64,000 bases of DNA from an uncultured delta proteobacterium (GCA_963771175.1 CAVYSY010000033.1:96001-160000); one strand, 5' to 3'. Shown: positions 22,189 through 34,965, counted from the first letter of the stretch. Program-made: numbers and translations. The notes: generated by a model from the letters alone, not told the origin.

Positions 22189-22662
22189 CTACCCCGCCAG
22201 CGGGCCGAAGGGGATGAAGAGGAAGGAGGTCCGGTCCGCGCAGCGGTAGAGGCGCACCCGGGCGAGCCCCTTGTCCAGCATGTCGAGCTGCTTCGCCGCG
22301 GCGAGCGACACGTCCACCACCCGGCCCTGGACGAAGGGCCCCCGGTCGTTGACGCGCACCTCCACCGAGCGCCCGTTCTCCATGTTCACCACCCGGAGGC
22401 AGGTGCCGAAGGGCTGCTTCTTGTGGGCGGCGGTGAGCTTCTTGGGATCGAACTTCTCGCCGCTGGCGGTGGGCCGGCCGGCCAGACCCGGGCCGTAGTA
22501 CGAGGCGAGCCCCTCCTCCAGGTACGCACGCGGCGGGGCCGGTTTCTCCTTCTCCGGCCGAGCCACCTCCCGGTCCTCGGCGGGAGTCGGCCGGGTGGCA
22601 CGCGGTGCACAGCCCGCCAACAGCCCCAGCCCCACTGTCACGCCCACGAGCAGCCGCCGCAT
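22189..22662 (-). CDS. rlpA: RlpA-family lytic transglycosylase lipoprotein
   Basis: LAGC lipobox; ASYYG, TASGE, TAAHK, VNDRGPF. Confidence 0.92.
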   Translation of the reverse strand: MRRLLVGVTVGLGLLAGCAPRATRPTPAEDREVARPEKEKPAPPRAYLEEGLASYYGPGLAGRPTASGEKFDPKKLTAAHKKQPFGTCLRVVNMENGRSVEVRVNDRGPFVQGRVVDVSLAAAKQLDMLDKGLARVRLYRCADRTSFLFIPFGPLAG

Positions 22663-22669
22663 CGCACCT

Positions 22670-24308
22670 CTAGCGGGTGATGTCGTTGAAGAGAGCCATC
22701 CCCATCAGCGCGAAGATGAGGATCAAACCCACCACGTTCGCCACCTCGCGTACCCGCAGGGAGATGGGACGGCGGCGGATGCCCTCCCAGAAGGCCGCCA
22801 GCAGGCCGAAGCCGTCGAGGATGGGGATGGGCAGCAGGTTCATCACCCCCAGGTTGATGGAGATGACCGCCATCAGGTTGAGGAAGTAGTCCAACCCCAG
22901 CTCCGCGCTCCTGGAGGCGAGCTGGTAGATCATCACCGGTCCGCCCAGCGTCTTCGTGGACACCTGCTGGGTAAGCAATCCCCCCAGGATCTTCACCGTC
23001 TGCCCGACGATCTTCGGGACGATGGTGAAGGACTCGCGCAGCGCCTCCAGGGGGCCGAGCTCCACCGTCACCTTGTCCACGGGCAGCAGCTCCGCCGAGG
23101 AGGGCATCCAGGGCGCCACGCCCAGCATGAGCGAGGAGGACTCCTGGCCCATCTCCACCTGGGTGGTGATCATGGCCTGGGCGAGTGTCTGGGAGTGCTC
23201 CTGCCCGTCCCGCGCCGAGCGCCAGGAGAGCTGGAAGGGCTGGTCCTTCAGCTTGCTGAGCTCGCCCATCAGCACGTTGAAGGAGCGCAGCGGCTGGCCC
23301 TGGAAGCCGATGAGCTTGTCCCCGGCGCGGATGCCGGCCTTGTCCGCCGCGCTGTTGGGGAGGACGGACACCACGTACATGTCCGAGGGCTCCGCCCCCA
23401 GGGCCGAGAAGCCGTCGCCGCCCGCGAGCTTCCGCACCGTCAGCTTCTCGATGGAGGGCACCCTGCCCCGCCACCGCACCGGCCTCCACCGGCTGCGAGC
23501 GCTGGACGATGACCTCCAGCGGCCCCTCCGGCAGCTTCGCCATCTCCTCGTGGAGGGCGGCCTCGTCGGGGATGTTCACCCCGTTGAGGGACAGGATGCG
23601 ATCGAAGCTCTTCAGGCCGGCCTGCTCGGCGGGCGAACCCGGCGCCACGCCTACCACCGCGGGCTTGCGCACGGGCTGGATGCCAATCTGCCCCCGCTCC
23701 ACCGAGTCCACCTGACTGGTCTCGACGATCTTCCGCGGCGTCACCTCGGCGATGCGCTGCTTGCCGTCACGCTCGACGGTGAGGGGGATGGGGCGCTCGA
23801 AGCGGCCGACGAAGGCCTCGCGCAGCTCCTCGAAGGTCTGCACCTTCTCCCCATCCACGGCGATGATGCGGTCTCCCGGGCGGATGCCAGCGGCGGCCGC
23901 GGGCATCTCCGGATCCACGTAGCCCACCCGGGTGGAGGTGGCCTCGTACGACCCCAGGAAGACGAAGAAGTAGATGAGGATGGGGAAGGCCAGGCTGAAG
24001 AACGGCCCGGCCCCCACGATGAGGGCCCGCTTCCAAGGCGTGGCGTTGAGGAAACCCCGCTGGGACTCCTCGGGGCTCAGCTCCTCATAGGGCGAGTCCC
24101 CGGCCATCTTCACGTAGCCGCCCAGGGGCAGCAGGGCCACCTGGTACTCCGTGTCCCCCTTGGTGAAGCCGAACAGCTTCGGTCCGAAGCCAATGGAGAA
24201 GCGGACGACCTTCACCCCGCAGGCCTTGGCCACGAGGAAATGGCCCAGCTCGTGGACGGTGATGAGGACGCCGAGCAGGATGACGAACAGACCGAGGCCT
24301 TGAAACAT
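22670..24308 (-). CDS. rseP: RIP metalloprotease RseP with multiple PDZ domains, frameshift ~23460
   Basis: HELGHF, LPLGGYVKM, NLLPIPILDG; follows uppS-cdsA. Confidence 0.92.
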
Positions 24309-24390
24309 GGTGCCAACACTAACCGTGGGGCCCATGTCCGACAATGCGCTTCGGGGCCCGTGGTCCGGGCGACCGGACAATCGGCGGTCG

Positions 24391-25214
<824 letters not shown>

Positions 25215-25218
<4 letters not shown>

Positions 25219-26012
25219 GCCTTGGCCCGCTGGGAGTCCTCCCGCATCAACTGCGCGGAAGTGAGGCCGAAACGTCGCTCGCGGTGCTGGTACTGCGCCA
25301 GGCAGCGAAGGAAGGCTTCGGTCCGGAAGTCCGGCCAGAGGACGTCGCTGAAACACAACTCCGCGTACGCCGTCTGCCAGAGGAGGAAGTTGGAGATGCG
25401 CTGCTCTCCGCTAGACCGCACCACCAGGTCCAGCGGGGGAAGGTCATGCGTCCAGAGGAAGGACTCGAAGCCCTTGGTGTCCAGTTGCGCGGGCGTCAAT
25501 TCGCCCTTGCTGACGGCCTCGGCCACCCGGCGCGCTGCCTGCACCATCTCCTCGCGCCCGCCGTAGGAGAGCGCCAGCGTCAGCACCATCCCCTTGTTGT
25601 TCGCCGAGTCCGCCCGGAGCCTGTCCAGCGGCTCCTTCACGAAGCGCGGCAGCTTCTCCACCTCGCCGATGGCGTTGAGCCGGATGCCGTTCTCCAGGAT
25701 CTCGGCGCGCTCGCTCTCGAGGTACTCGCGCAGCAGATCCATCAGCGCGGCCACCTCCTCGGCGGGACGGGACCAGTTCTGCGAGGAGAAGGCATAGAGG
25801 GTGAGGGCCTCCACTCCCACGCGCCGGGCGCAGCGAGTCACCTCGCGCACACTGGCGGAGCCCTCGCGATGACCCTCCTCGCGGGGCAGGCCACGCATCT
25901 CGGCCCACCGGCCGTTGCCATCCATGATGATACCCACGTGGCGTGGCAGGGGCCGTTCCTGGACGAGTCGCTCGAGGGCCGCGACAGAAGGAGGTGACGC
26001 AGGGCGTTCCAT
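25215..26012 (-). CDS. uppS: Undecaprenyl diphosphate synthase
   Basis: HVGIIMDGNGRWA, FSSQNWSRP, RSSGEQRISNFLLWQ. Confidence 0.95.
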
Positions 26013-26241
26013 GAGGCTGCGCAAGATAGAGGCACCACCGTGCCGCGTCCACGGGCGCGTGCAGGAGCGGTCGCCCCGGCGCCCCGAGCGGTCGCCACCC
26101 CGGGAGGAACGGCTCTCTCCGTGGGAGACCCGCTTCCCCACGCGGAGGCCACCTCAGGACAGCCACCCGCCCGCCCGGGACTGGCAGTGCGTGTCAGACC
26201 TACCCCGTCCCCAACTACCCAATGCCATGAGGAGGAAGAAT

Positions 26242-26259
26242 AGGAGCGGGCCCCGCTCC
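26242..26259. terminator. GC hairpin just downstream of the minus-strand kinase gene
   Basis: GGAGCGG-GCC-CCGCTCC, followed by a T-rich run on the minus strand. Confidence 0.4.
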
Positions 26260-26262
26260 GCA

Positions 26263-28031
26263 TCAGTCCTCGAGCAGGTTGTACTTGAACTGGTTGGACC
26301 GGCCGGCCTTCACCTCGACGGAGCGGGTGACGTCCTTGCCGAGCTCCTTATTGATGAGCTGCACGGTGTGGGAGCCGACCGTGACCTCGATGGGCGCCAG
26401 GGGCGTCTGACCGAGCGACTTCCCATCGAGCAGCACGGTGGCGTAAGGCCGGATGCGGAACTCCAGCACGGCCTTCTGGGCGGACCTGGGCTTCTGCACC
26501 CCGGTCTTCCCCCCCGGCGGGCGCGGGGACGGCTTCGGCGGCTGCGCGGCGGCGACGGGCTCCTTCGTGCCAGAGTCGGGCGCGTCCCCCTCCAGCGGCG
26601 TCCCGGGGAGCGCGGTCCCCGAGTCCTCCGTCCCCGGAGGCGTGGCGGCGGGCTGTACGCCCAGCGGCGGGGTCTCCACCGTCGGCTGGGGCGTCGACTT
26701 GATAATGATGGGCGCGGGAGGCGCCTGCGGCACGGAGTTGCTCCGGACGTAGACGACAGCCCCCGCCACGGCGAACAGCGAGACCCCGGCCAGGCCCGCC
26801 ACCAGGCCGGTGCGGCGCCTGGGCATGGCCTTGGCGAGGTCTTCCGCCTCGGTGCCCACCGCGGTCGCGGCGGGCCTGCCGCTGGAGGAGATGAGCGTGG
26901 GCGGCGCCGGCTCCGACGCGCTCGTATCGACCTCCGCCTCGGCGACACGCGTCGCGTTGTCCGCGCGCCCCTCAGCGGGCACCCGCGTCCCACCGCTCGA
27001 GCGGCTCGACGGGGCGGCGCCAGGCTCGGAGCCGTTGTTGGAGCGCATACCACTGCCGGTACCGGGCCGGCTCTTGGGGCCGCTGCCGGAGCCGGGCATG
27101 GACACATGCCCGCCCCCCTCGCCAGACACCTTGGCCACGAGCTGCGAGAGCTGGTAGGCGCCCACCGGCTCGCCGGTGGAGAGGATGAAGTGCTCCAGGT
27201 CCGCCTGGAAGGCGCGGCAGTCCGGGTAGCGGTGCTCGCGCTCCTTGGCCAGCGCTCGCTCGAGAATCTGCACCAGGGGCCCGGGCAGGTCCGACCGGCG
27301 CGACGCCGCGGGCACGAGCGGCTCGAACAGGATGGCCTGCATCATGCTCACGTCGGTGGTGGCGTCGAAGGGCTTCTGGCCGGTGAGCAGCTCGTAGAGC
27401 ACCACGCCCAGCGCGTAGACGTCCACGCGCCGATCGAGCGGCCGGGCCTGGAGCTGCTCCGGCGGCATGTAGGCGATCTTCCCCTTGATGAGGCCCGTCT
27501 GCGTCTTGTGGCTCTGGTTGGCGACCTTGGCGATGCCGAAGTCCACCACCTTCACCGCGCCCTGCCGCGACACCAGGATGTTGTCGGGGCTGATGTCGCG
27601 GTGGATGAGGCCCAGCGGCTCCCCGGTGTCCGGGTCCACGAAGTCGTGGGCGTAGGCCAGGCCCTCGCACGCCGAGGCGATGATTTTGGCGCAGGCGGCG
27701 GGCGGCAGCTCCACTCCCGCGCTGCGCGCCTTCTGGACAGGGTGCGCAGGTTGGGCCCGTCGATGTACTCCATCGCCAGGAAGTAGGCGCCCTCGGCCTC
27801 ACCGAAGTCGAAGATCTGCACGATGTTCGGGTGGTTGAGCTGCGCGGCCAGCCGCGCCTCGTCGAGGAACATCTCCACGAACTGCGGGTCCTCGGCCAGG
27901 TGCGGGAGGATGCGCTTGAGCACGAGGGTCTTTTCGAACCCCATGGGCCCGGCGGCCTTGGCGAGGTACACCTCGGCCATGCCTCCGGTGGCGAGCTTGT
28001 TGACGAGCTGGTACTTGCCGAGGTGACTCAA
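26263..28031 (-). CDS. Membrane Ser/Thr protein kinase with C-terminal PEGA domain, frameshift ~27730
   Basis: [31 protein letters not shown] segment; GQTPL PEGA motif. Confidence 0.9.
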
Positions 28032-28159
28032 GGACAGGTTCCTCCAGGTAGGCTGGGGACTCGGGCGCGCATCATAGCGGGGGCGGGCCATCCGACGCCT
28101 GCATCCCTCCGAAGGGAGTTTGACCCCGACGCGACAGGGTATCTAGGATCTCTGACTTG

Positions 28160-29308
28160 ATGCGTCCCAAGGTCATCGGTCCCTATCGCGTCCTCGAGAC
28201 GCTTGGAAGTGGCGGCATTGGGACCGTGTATCGGGCCCTTGACTCCCGGACCAACGATTCAGTGGCCCTGAAGCTGCTCTCCGGCGGTCCGGCGATGGAT
28301 TCTCGGGCCGCCAAGCGGCTGGTGCGCGAGTTCGACACCCTCGTGGACCTGTCCCATCCCAACGTGGTGAAGGTGTACGACACGGGCGTCTACCTGAGCT
28401 CGCCCTACCTCGTCATGGAGCTCATCGAGGGGCTGACGCTGCGCGACTACCTGTCGCTCAAGGGCGGGGACATGCACTCGCCCGCCAGCTCGTCCTCGGC
28501 CTCGGGGCGGTTCCGGCGCTCCGGGCTGGCGTCCTCGGAGGAGGCGGCCTCGGGGTCTGGCGAGGGGGACTCCCAGCTCTTCGACCTGTCGGCCTTCGCC
28601 GAGGAGGCGCCGAGCGAGGAGATGGCGTCGATGCGCTTCGGGACGTCCGGCTCGGCGGCGGTGCTGCCGGTGCCGATGGACCCGTGGCTGGGCTCGGACT
28701 CGGACGAGCTGGATCCGCAGGACTTCGAGCTGCCGTACGACGTGGCGGGGCCCGGGGCGGAGCCGGTGAAGCGGGAGACGGCGGCGCGGCTGGAGGAGCT
28801 GAACCGGCCCGAGCGGGTGTGTCGGTTGAAGGACACCCTGCTGCAGGTATGCGACGCGCTGGCCTACATCCACGCGCACGGGCTGGTGCACCGGGACTTG
28901 AAGCCCTCCAACATCATGGTGGACGAGGACCGTCAGGTGCGGCTGATGGACTTCGGCCTGGCGAAGTTCCTGGCGGACGACGCGGGAGTGACGCTGGACG
29001 GGCGCATGGTGGGGACGTTCCGCTACATGTCGCCGGAGCAGATTCTCGGGGAGCCCTTGGACGGACGGGCGGACCTGTACTGCCTGGGGGTCATCCTCTA
29101 CGAGTTGATGAGTGGTCGCCCACCTTTTGATGCGAAGTCCCCGGTGGACTTGTGGCACAAGGTGCTGGAAACCGAGCCACCGCCCCTGCTGGCCATCAAC
29201 CAGAGGGGGGATCCGCAGTTGGCCCGGGTGGCCCATCGCCTCATCCGAAAGGAGCCGGACGACCGGTTCCAGACGGCCGAGGAAGTGTACGAGGCACTCT
29301 CCGAGTGA
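28160..29308 (+). CDS. Cytoplasmic Ser/Thr protein kinase with long acidic insert
   Basis: [33 protein letters not shown]. Confidence 0.9.
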   Translation: MRPKVIGPYRVLETLGSGGIGTVYRALDSRTNDSVALKLLSGGPAMDSRAAKRLVREFDTLVDLSHPNVVKVYDTGVYLSSPYLVMELIEGLTLRDYLSLKGGDMHSPASSSSASGRFRRSGLASSEEAASGSGEGDSQLFDLSAFAEEAPSEEMASMRFGTSGSAAVLPVPMDPWLGSDSDELDPQDFELPYDVAGPGAEPVKRETAARLEELNRPERVCRLKDTLLQVCDALAYIHAHGLVHRDLKPSNIMVDEDRQVRLMDFGLAKFLADDAGVTLDGRMVGTFRYMSPEQILGEPLDGRADLYCLGVILYELMSGRPPFDAKSPVDLWHKVLETEPPPLLAINQRGDPQLARVAHRLIRKEPDDRFQTAEEVYEALSE

Positions 29309-30261
29309 ACACGACCGGGACGACGACGACGCACACGCTGCAGGTGGAGGAGGGGAAGGCGGGACAGCGGGTGGACCTCTTCATTGGAGAGGCGCTGGGG
29401 CTGTCGCGAGCGAGGCTGAAGAAGCTCTTCGATTCGGGCGCGGTGAAGGTGGACGGCCGGGCGGCGAAGAAGGGCCTGCTGGTGGCGGTGGGGCAGCGGA
29501 TTACGGTGGTGGTACCGGAGGAGCGGCGCGAGGTCGTGCCGGAGCCGGAGGCGCCCCTGGTGGTGCTGCACGAGGACGAGACGCTGGTGTTCGTGGACAA
29601 GCCCGCGGGCCGGCCCTCGCACCCGCTGCAACCGGGAGAGACGGGGACGGTGGCGAACGCGCTGCTGGCGCGCTACCCCGAGTGCGCCCAGGCCTCGGAG
29701 GACGAGCGCGAGGGCGGGCTGTGCCACCGGCTGGACATCGAGACGTCCGGGGTGATGGCGGCGGCGCGCACGCGCGAGGCTTGGACGGCGGTGCGCGAGG
29801 CGTTCGGCAGTCGCGAGGTGGACAAGCGCTACTGGGCGCTGGTGACGGGGCCCCTGGCGGACGAGGGAGAGATCGATCTGCCGCTGCGCCACCACCCGAG
29901 GCACCCGGACCGGGTGGAGCCCGCGCTGGACGGAGGCGAGGGAGCGCGGGAGGCACTCTCGGAGTTCCGGGTGCTGGAGCGCTCGGGGGAGTACAGCCTG
30001 GTGGAGGTGCGCATCCACACCGGGGTGCTGCACCAGGTGCGCGCACACCTGGCGGCGGTAGGAGCGCCGCTGGTGGGAGACACGCTGTACGGGGGACGCG
30101 AGGAGCCGGGCCTGGGCCGCTTCTTCCTGCACGCGAAGGCGCTGGGCCTGACGCACCCGGTGACGAAGCAGCGGCTGCACGTGGAGAGCCCCCTGCCCCG
30201 GGAGCTACTCGAGGTGCTCGAGCGCCATGCCCTCCCCGTCCCCGCGGGGGCTACTCGCTGA
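29305..30261 (+). CDS. RluA/RluD-family pseudouridine synthase
   Basis: S4 domain; [28 protein letters not shown]. Confidence 0.92.
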   Translation: MNTTGTTTTHTLQVEEGKAGQRVDLFIGEALGLSRARLKKLFDSGAVKVDGRAAKKGLLVAVGQRITVVVPEERREVVPEPEAPLVVLHEDETLVFVDKPAGRPSHPLQPGETGTVANALLARYPECAQASEDEREGGLCHRLDIETSGVMAAARTREAWTAVREAFGSREVDKRYWALVTGPLADEGEIDLPLRHHPRHPDRVEPALDGGEGAREALSEFRVLERSGEYSLVEVRIHTGVLHQVRAHLAAVGAPLVGDTLYGGREEPGLGRFFLHAKALGLTHPVTKQRLHVESPLPRELLEVLERHALPVPAGATR

Positions 30262-30301
30262 GGAGTGAGCGTCAGAGGAGTCCACTACAGTGATTCCAGC
30301 G

Positions 30302-31516
30302 ATGCGGGCCATCATCCACGTGGACATGGACGCCTTCTATGCGTCCGTCGAGCAGCGGGACAACCCGGAGCTGCGGGGCAAGCCGTTGATTGTCGGCGGG
30401 GATGCAAGGCGCGGCGTGGTGGTCGCGGCGTCCTACGAGGTGCGCAAGTACGGTGTGCGGAGCGCCATGCCGATGGCGCGGGCCATCAAGCAGGCACCCC
30501 ACGCGGTGGTGGTGAAGCCACGCTTCAGCGCGTACAGCGAGGCGAGCGAGCAGGTGTTCTCCATCTTCGAGCGGTACACGCCGCTGATCGAGCCCCTGTC
30601 CCTGGACGAGGCCTTCCTGGACGTGACGGCCTCGGTGGGGCTGTTCGGGACGCCGGCGGACATCGCCCGGAGGATCCGCAAGGAGATCGCCTCGGAGACG
30701 GGCCTGCCGTCGTCGGCGGGGATCGCCTCGGTGAAGTTCGTGGCGAAGATCGCCTCGGACGTGGCGAAGCCGAACGGCCAGCGCGAGGTGCGCGCGGAGG
30801 AGACGGTGGCGTTCCTCGCGGGGCTGCCCGTGGGGCGGCTGTGGGGCGTGGGGCCGAAGACCGAGGAGGCACTGAAGAACGCGGGGGTGGTGACGATCGG
30901 CGACGTGGCGAGGAAGGACGCGGCGTGGATGGAGGCGCGCTGGGGCGCGAGCGGACGTCACCTGTGGGAGCTGGCGCAAGGCATCGACCCGCGCGAGGTG
31001 GTGCCGGACCGCGAGGCCAAGAGCGTGGGGGCCGAGGACACGTTCGACGAGGACCTGACGGGGCTGGAGGCGCTGAGCCCGCATGTGCATGCCCAGGCGC
31101 TCCGGGTGGGCCGCCGGCTCCGGAAGGCCGGGGTGAAGGGCCGGGTGGTGCAGCTCAAGTTGAAGTTCTCGGACTTCACGCTCATCACCCGGAGGCTCAC
31201 CCTGCCCTCGCCGACGGATGACGGACAGACCCTCTACCGGGTGGCGCGGGAGATGCTGGAGAAGGCCCACGAGGACAAGCCCATCCGGCTGACGGGAGTC
31301 TCCATGCAGGAGCTGGGTACGGAGAGCGCCGGGGCGCGACAGCTCGGGCTGTTCACGGAGCCGGAGAAGCCGAAGCGGAGCGACAAGCTGAACGCGGCGC
31401 TGGACCGGATCGCCGAGCGCTTCGGCTCGAAGGCGGTGATGACGGCGGACATCGCGGGAAGCGACGAAGCCGAGCCGGAACCCGAGCGCCCCAAGAAGCC
31501 CAAGCGCCCCAACTGA
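30302..31516 (+). CDS. dinB: DNA polymerase IV
   Basis: HVDMDAFYASVE, SLDEAFLD, QLGLF clamp motif. Confidence 0.95.
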   Translation: MRAIIHVDMDAFYASVEQRDNPELRGKPLIVGGDARRGVVVAASYEVRKYGVRSAMPMARAIKQAPHAVVVKPRFSAYSEASEQVFSIFERYTPLIEPLSLDEAFLDVTASVGLFGTPADIARRIRKEIASETGLPSSAGIASVKFVAKIASDVAKPNGQREVRAEETVAFLAGLPVGRLWGVGPKTEEALKNAGVVTIGDVARKDAAWMEARWGASGRHLWELAQGIDPREVVPDREAKSVGAEDTFDEDLTGLEALSPHVHAQALRVGRRLRKAGVKGRVVQLKLKFSDFTLITRRLTLPSPTDDGQTLYRVAREMLEKAHEDKPIRLTGVSMQELGTESAGARQLGLFTEPEKPKRSDKLNAALDRIAERFGSKAVMTADIAGSDEAEPEPERPKKPKRPN

Positions 31517-31542
31517 GGCTTCGCGCGCGAACGTCCCGACTG

Positions 31543-31573
31543 AACCCGCGCCCCCGGAGAGAGGGCACGGGTT
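31543..31573. terminator. Hairpin between convergent dinB and pcnB
   Basis: AACCCGCGCCC...GGGCACGGGTT inverted repeat. Confidence 0.4.
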
Positions 31574-31578
31574 GCGGG

Positions 31579-33327
31579 TCAACCCTCGTCGGACTCGGAA
31601 TCCGAGTCGGAGTCGGGGCCGAAATCGCCGCCCGACTCTCCATCCGCGGACTCGGAGCCGAAGTCGGACTCGTCACCGGAATCGCCGGAGTCGGAGTCAC
31701 CCGAGTCCCCCGCCTCACCGGCCTCGCCACTGGAGGCCTCGGCGCTGGCCGACGCGTTGGCGGTGGCACCCGCGCCCGCTCCCGGCTTGCGCCCACCCCG
31801 ACGCCGACGCCGCTTGCGCTTGCGGGGGCCCTCGCCCTCGGACGTGGCGCCCTCGGCCTTCACGGGAGGCAGCTCGCCGCGCTTCCACGCCTCGAGGGCC
31901 TCGCGGTGCTGGCCGGTGGCCTCGACGGAGATCTCGAAGACGACCAGCGCGTCGTTGAAGAGCGGGTGGCGGCGGAACGCCCCGGTGCGGCGGCGGCGCT
32001 CGCCGGTGAGGGTGCGCTGGGCGATGAGCAGCAGCCGGCAGCGCTCGGCGATGCGACGCGGCAGTCGCGCCGTCTGGACGAACTCGGCGAGCAGGTCCTC
32101 GATGCCCTGGGCCACGGAGGGACGGCCCGCCGGATCCTGCGGCTCGACGATGGGACCGGCCTGCGCGATGGGGACGAGCAGCGCGGCCAGCAGGATGGCG
32201 TCATCCAGCGGCTCCCCGGAGGAGACGCGCCGGTCGAGCGCCTCGGCGTAGGAGTAGAAGGTCTCCCGACCCTTGCGGCCGTTCTCCCTCAGGTAGGCGG
32301 CCACGGGCGGCAGCAGAATCTTCAGCGCGTCCAGCGCGGCGAGCAGCCGCAGACTGGGAGCCGCCACCCCGCCACGGATGAGGCGGAAGGTCTCCTCCAG
32401 GAGGCGCGCGGGGGCGCAGCGGGGCAGGTCCTCGACCGCCCCCTCCATGGCGGCGTAGGTGCGCGACTCGATGTCCAGGCCCAGCTTGGAGGCGAAACGC
32501 ACGGCGCGCAGGATGCGGACGGGATCCTCGCGCATGCGGATTTCCGGGTCGCCGATGGTCCGGATGTAGCGCTCGTCGAGGTCGCGCCGGCCGCGGACGT
32601 AGTCAATCACCCGGCCCTCGGCGACGTCGTAGAAGAGGCCGTTCATGGTGAAGTCGCGGCGACGGGCGTCCTGCTCGGCGGTGCCGAAGACGTTGTCGTG
32701 GGTGATGAGGAGGTCCTGCGCCGACTCCTGCGACCCCTCGACCTCGCCGCCCTCCTCACCGGTCTCCCCGTTCTCGGGAGCGCTCTCGCCATTGGAGGCG
32801 TCGAGCTCGGTGGGGTTGGCGCGGAAGGTGGAGACCTCGATGATCTTCCCGCCCTTGAAGTAGATGTGGGCGAGCCGGAAGCGCCGGCCGATGAGGCGGC
32901 AGTTGCGGAAGATGGCGCGCACCTCGCCGGGATGGGCGCTGGTGGCGATGTCGAAGTCCTTGGGCTTCTTGTCCAGCAGCAGGTCTCGCACACACCCACC
33001 CACGAAGTAGGCCTGGTGGCCGTGGGCGAGGAGGCGGTGGATGACCTTGAGGCCGTCCGGGTCGAGCTTGTCGGGGTCGATCTCCGCGGGCTCGCCAGAG
33101 GGGGTGGTGTCGGAAAGGAACTCGGTATCGGAGAGGGTGTCCTCGGAAAGTGTCTCCGAAAAAGCGGACATAGGGGCTTGGGTCTCCTCCGCGGGCTCGG
33201 GAACCGGCAGAACCTCGAGGGAGTCCAGGGACTCGGCCTCGGAGGCGACAACCTCGCGCGCGTCATCGGGCGCAGGCTGGAGCGTCGGTTCGCCGACAGG
33301 CGGCGTTTCAGTGGAGTCTCGCGTCAT
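31579..33327 (-). CDS. pcnB: Poly(A) polymerase PcnB
   Basis: VGGCVRDLLL, PKDFDIAT, IGRRFRLAH, DARRRDFT, EDPVRILRAVRF. Confidence 0.93.
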   Translation of the reverse strand: MTRDSTETPPVGEPTLQPAPDDAREVVASEAESLDSLEVLPVPEPAEETQAPMSAFSETLSEDTLSDTEFLSDTTPSGEPAEIDPDKLDPDGLKVIHRLLAHGHQAYFVGGCVRDLLLDKKPKDFDIATSAHPGEVRAIFRNCRLIGRRFRLAHIYFKGGKIIEVSTFRANPTELDASNGESAPENGETGEEGGEVEGSQESAQDLLITHDNVFGTAEQDARRRDFTMNGLFYDVAEGRVIDYVRGRRDLDERYIRTIGDPEIRMREDPVRILRAVRFASKLGLDIESRTYAAMEGAVEDLPRCAPARLLEETFRLIRGGVAAPSLRLLAALDALKILLPPVAAYLRENGRKGRETFYSYAEALDRRVSSGEPLDDAILLAALLVPIAQAGPIVEPQDPAGRPSVAQGIEDLLAEFVQTARLPRRIAERCRLLLIAQRTLTGERRRRTGAFRRHPLFNDALVVFEISVEATGQHREALEAWKRGELPPVKAEGATSEGEGPRKRKRRRRRGGRKPGAGAGATANASASAEASSGEAGEAGDSGDSDSGDSGDESDFGSESADGESGGDFGPDSDSDSESDEG

Positions 33328-33401
33328 CGCGGTTGACGCCCATGGGGGGCGATTCTAAGGGGCACGACCTATAGCGCATCCTCCCCGGAAGGGAGTAGCA
33401 C

Positions 33402-34421
33402 ATGAAGACATTGTTGACGGGAGCAACGGGGCTGGTGGGGGCCAACCTCGCCCACCTGCTGTGTGAGCAGGGGGAGCGCCCCCGCCTGCTCGTCCGGGAG
33501 CGGAGTGACCGCCGGGGCCTGCGCGGGCTGAGCTATGAAGAGGTGCTCGGCGACGTGCTGGATGCGGATTCCCTCCGGGGGGCGATGAAAGGGGTGGAGC
33601 GGGTCTACCACGTCGCGGGCGTCGTCCGGTTCGATCCCTTTACTCGGGAGGACGTCTCCCGCATCAACGCCCAGGGAACGCGAAACGTTCTAGAGGCGGC
33701 GAGGGGGGCGGGGGTGCGGCGGGTCGTGGTGGTGTCGAGCGTGGCGGCGGTCGGCCATGGGACGCTGGCCGAGCCGGCGACCGAGGAGAGCACGTACAAC
33801 TACGCCGGGGACAACCCGTACCACGAGTCCAAGCGGGAGGCGGAGCGGCTGGCGCTGGAGGCCTCGGGACCCACACTGGAAGTATTGGCGGGCAACCCGA
33901 GCTTCGTGATCGGCCCCTATGACGTGAGGCCGTCCACGGGGGACTTGCTGCTCTTCGTGGCGAAGGGGCTCGTGCAGGTCTACCCGAGCGGTGGGGTGAA
34001 CGTGGTGAACGCGCAGGATGTGGCGCGGGGGTTGCACCTCATCATGGAGAAGGGCCGCCCGGGGGAGCGCTACATCCTGGGTGGGGAGAACCTGACCTAC
34101 CGCGAGCTCCTGACCCTCTGCGCGGAGGAGGCGGGGGTGGCGCCGCCGAGGCTGCCGCTGCCGGACGTGGCGGTGAAGGCGCTGGGGAAGTTCGGGGACG
34201 TGGTGGGCCGGCTGTCCCCGGACCTGTTCAAGCACGTGAACACGGCGTTCCTGCAGGCGCTGCCGGTGCCGGCGTACCAGTCGTCGGGGAAGGCGATGCG
34301 GGAGCTGGGCTATCAACCGAGGCCGGTGCGGCTCGGCATCCGGGAGGCCCTGCGCTGGTTCCAGGAGGAGGGAATGCTCCCGAGGGACCGGCCCCTCACC
34401 CCCCGCGGCGTCGTAGGCTGA
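33402..34421 (+). CDS. NAD-dependent epimerase/dehydratase (HpnA/dihydroflavonol reductase-like)
   Basis: TGATGLVG, YHESK, GERYILGG. Confidence 0.88.
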   Translation: MKTLLTGATGLVGANLAHLLCEQGERPRLLVRERSDRRGLRGLSYEEVLGDVLDADSLRGAMKGVERVYHVAGVVRFDPFTREDVSRINAQGTRNVLEAARGAGVRRVVVVSSVAAVGHGTLAEPATEESTYNYAGDNPYHESKREAERLALEASGPTLEVLAGNPSFVIGPYDVRPSTGDLLLFVAKGLVQVYPSGGVNVVNAQDVARGLHLIMEKGRPGERYILGGENLTYRELLTLCAEEAGVAPPRLPLPDVAVKALGKFGDVVGRLSPDLFKHVNTAFLQALPVPAYQSSGKAMRELGYQPRPVRLGIREALRWFQEEGMLPRDRPLTPRGVVG

Positions 34422-34443
34422 ACCCCCTGGAGAACCAGACCCC

Positions 34444-34965
34444 ATGAGCTTCACCATCGCCATCGGCTCGACGAACCCGGCCAAGACGACAGCGGCGCGA
34501 GCCATCTGTGAGCGGGCCTTCCCCGGCTGCACCGTGGTGCCAGTCGACGTGCCCAGCGGAGTCCCCGAGCAACCCATCGGCGCCCAGCAGACCTCGACGG
34601 GAGCGCGCAACCGGGCCCGGGCGGCGCTGGCGGCCGTTGCGGGGGCGCGGATGGGCATGGGGTTGGAGGGGGGCGTGGACCCGGACGGCAGCCTCATCAA
34701 CTGCGTGGCCGTGGTGGAGGCCGAGGGCCGGGAGAACCTGACCTGGGGTGTGCGCTTCCCCCTCCCGCCGAGCGTCGTCGCCCGGGTGCTGAAGGGCGAG
34801 GAGCTCAGCGTGGTCATGGACCAGGTCACCGGCCGGACCGAGAGCAAGAAGCAGCTCGGAGCCGTGGGCATCCTCACCAACGGCCTCTTCACGCGCGCCG
34901 AGATGTGGCAGGGCCCGCTCGCCTGCGCGCTGATGCCCTTCCTGCACCCAGGGCTCTACCCCTAA
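34444..34965 (+). CDS. yjjX: Inosine/xanthosine triphosphatase (DUF84/YjjX)
   Basis: GSTNPAK, SGVPEQP, GARNRA, GLEGG, GAVGILT. Confidence 0.88.
   Translation: MSFTIAIGSTNPAKTTAARAICERAFPGCTVVPVDVPSGVPEQPIGAQQTSTGARNRARAALAAVAGARMGMGLEGGVDPDGSLINCVAVVEAEGRENLTWGVRFPLPPSVVARVLKGEELSVVMDQVTGRTESKKQLGAVGILTNGLFTRAEMWQGPLACALMPFLHPGLYP

Noticed and set aside
24309..24390. Absence of dxr between cdsA and rseP
   Set aside because: Expected for myxobacteria that use the mevalonate pathway; not novel
30262..30301. LexA box upstream of dinB
   Set aside because: No convincing match to the myxobacterial LexA motif was seen
31579..31830. Repetitive GAC/TCC/GGC-rich tract
   Set aside because: Encodes the low-complexity basic and acidic tail of PcnB; not a repeat element
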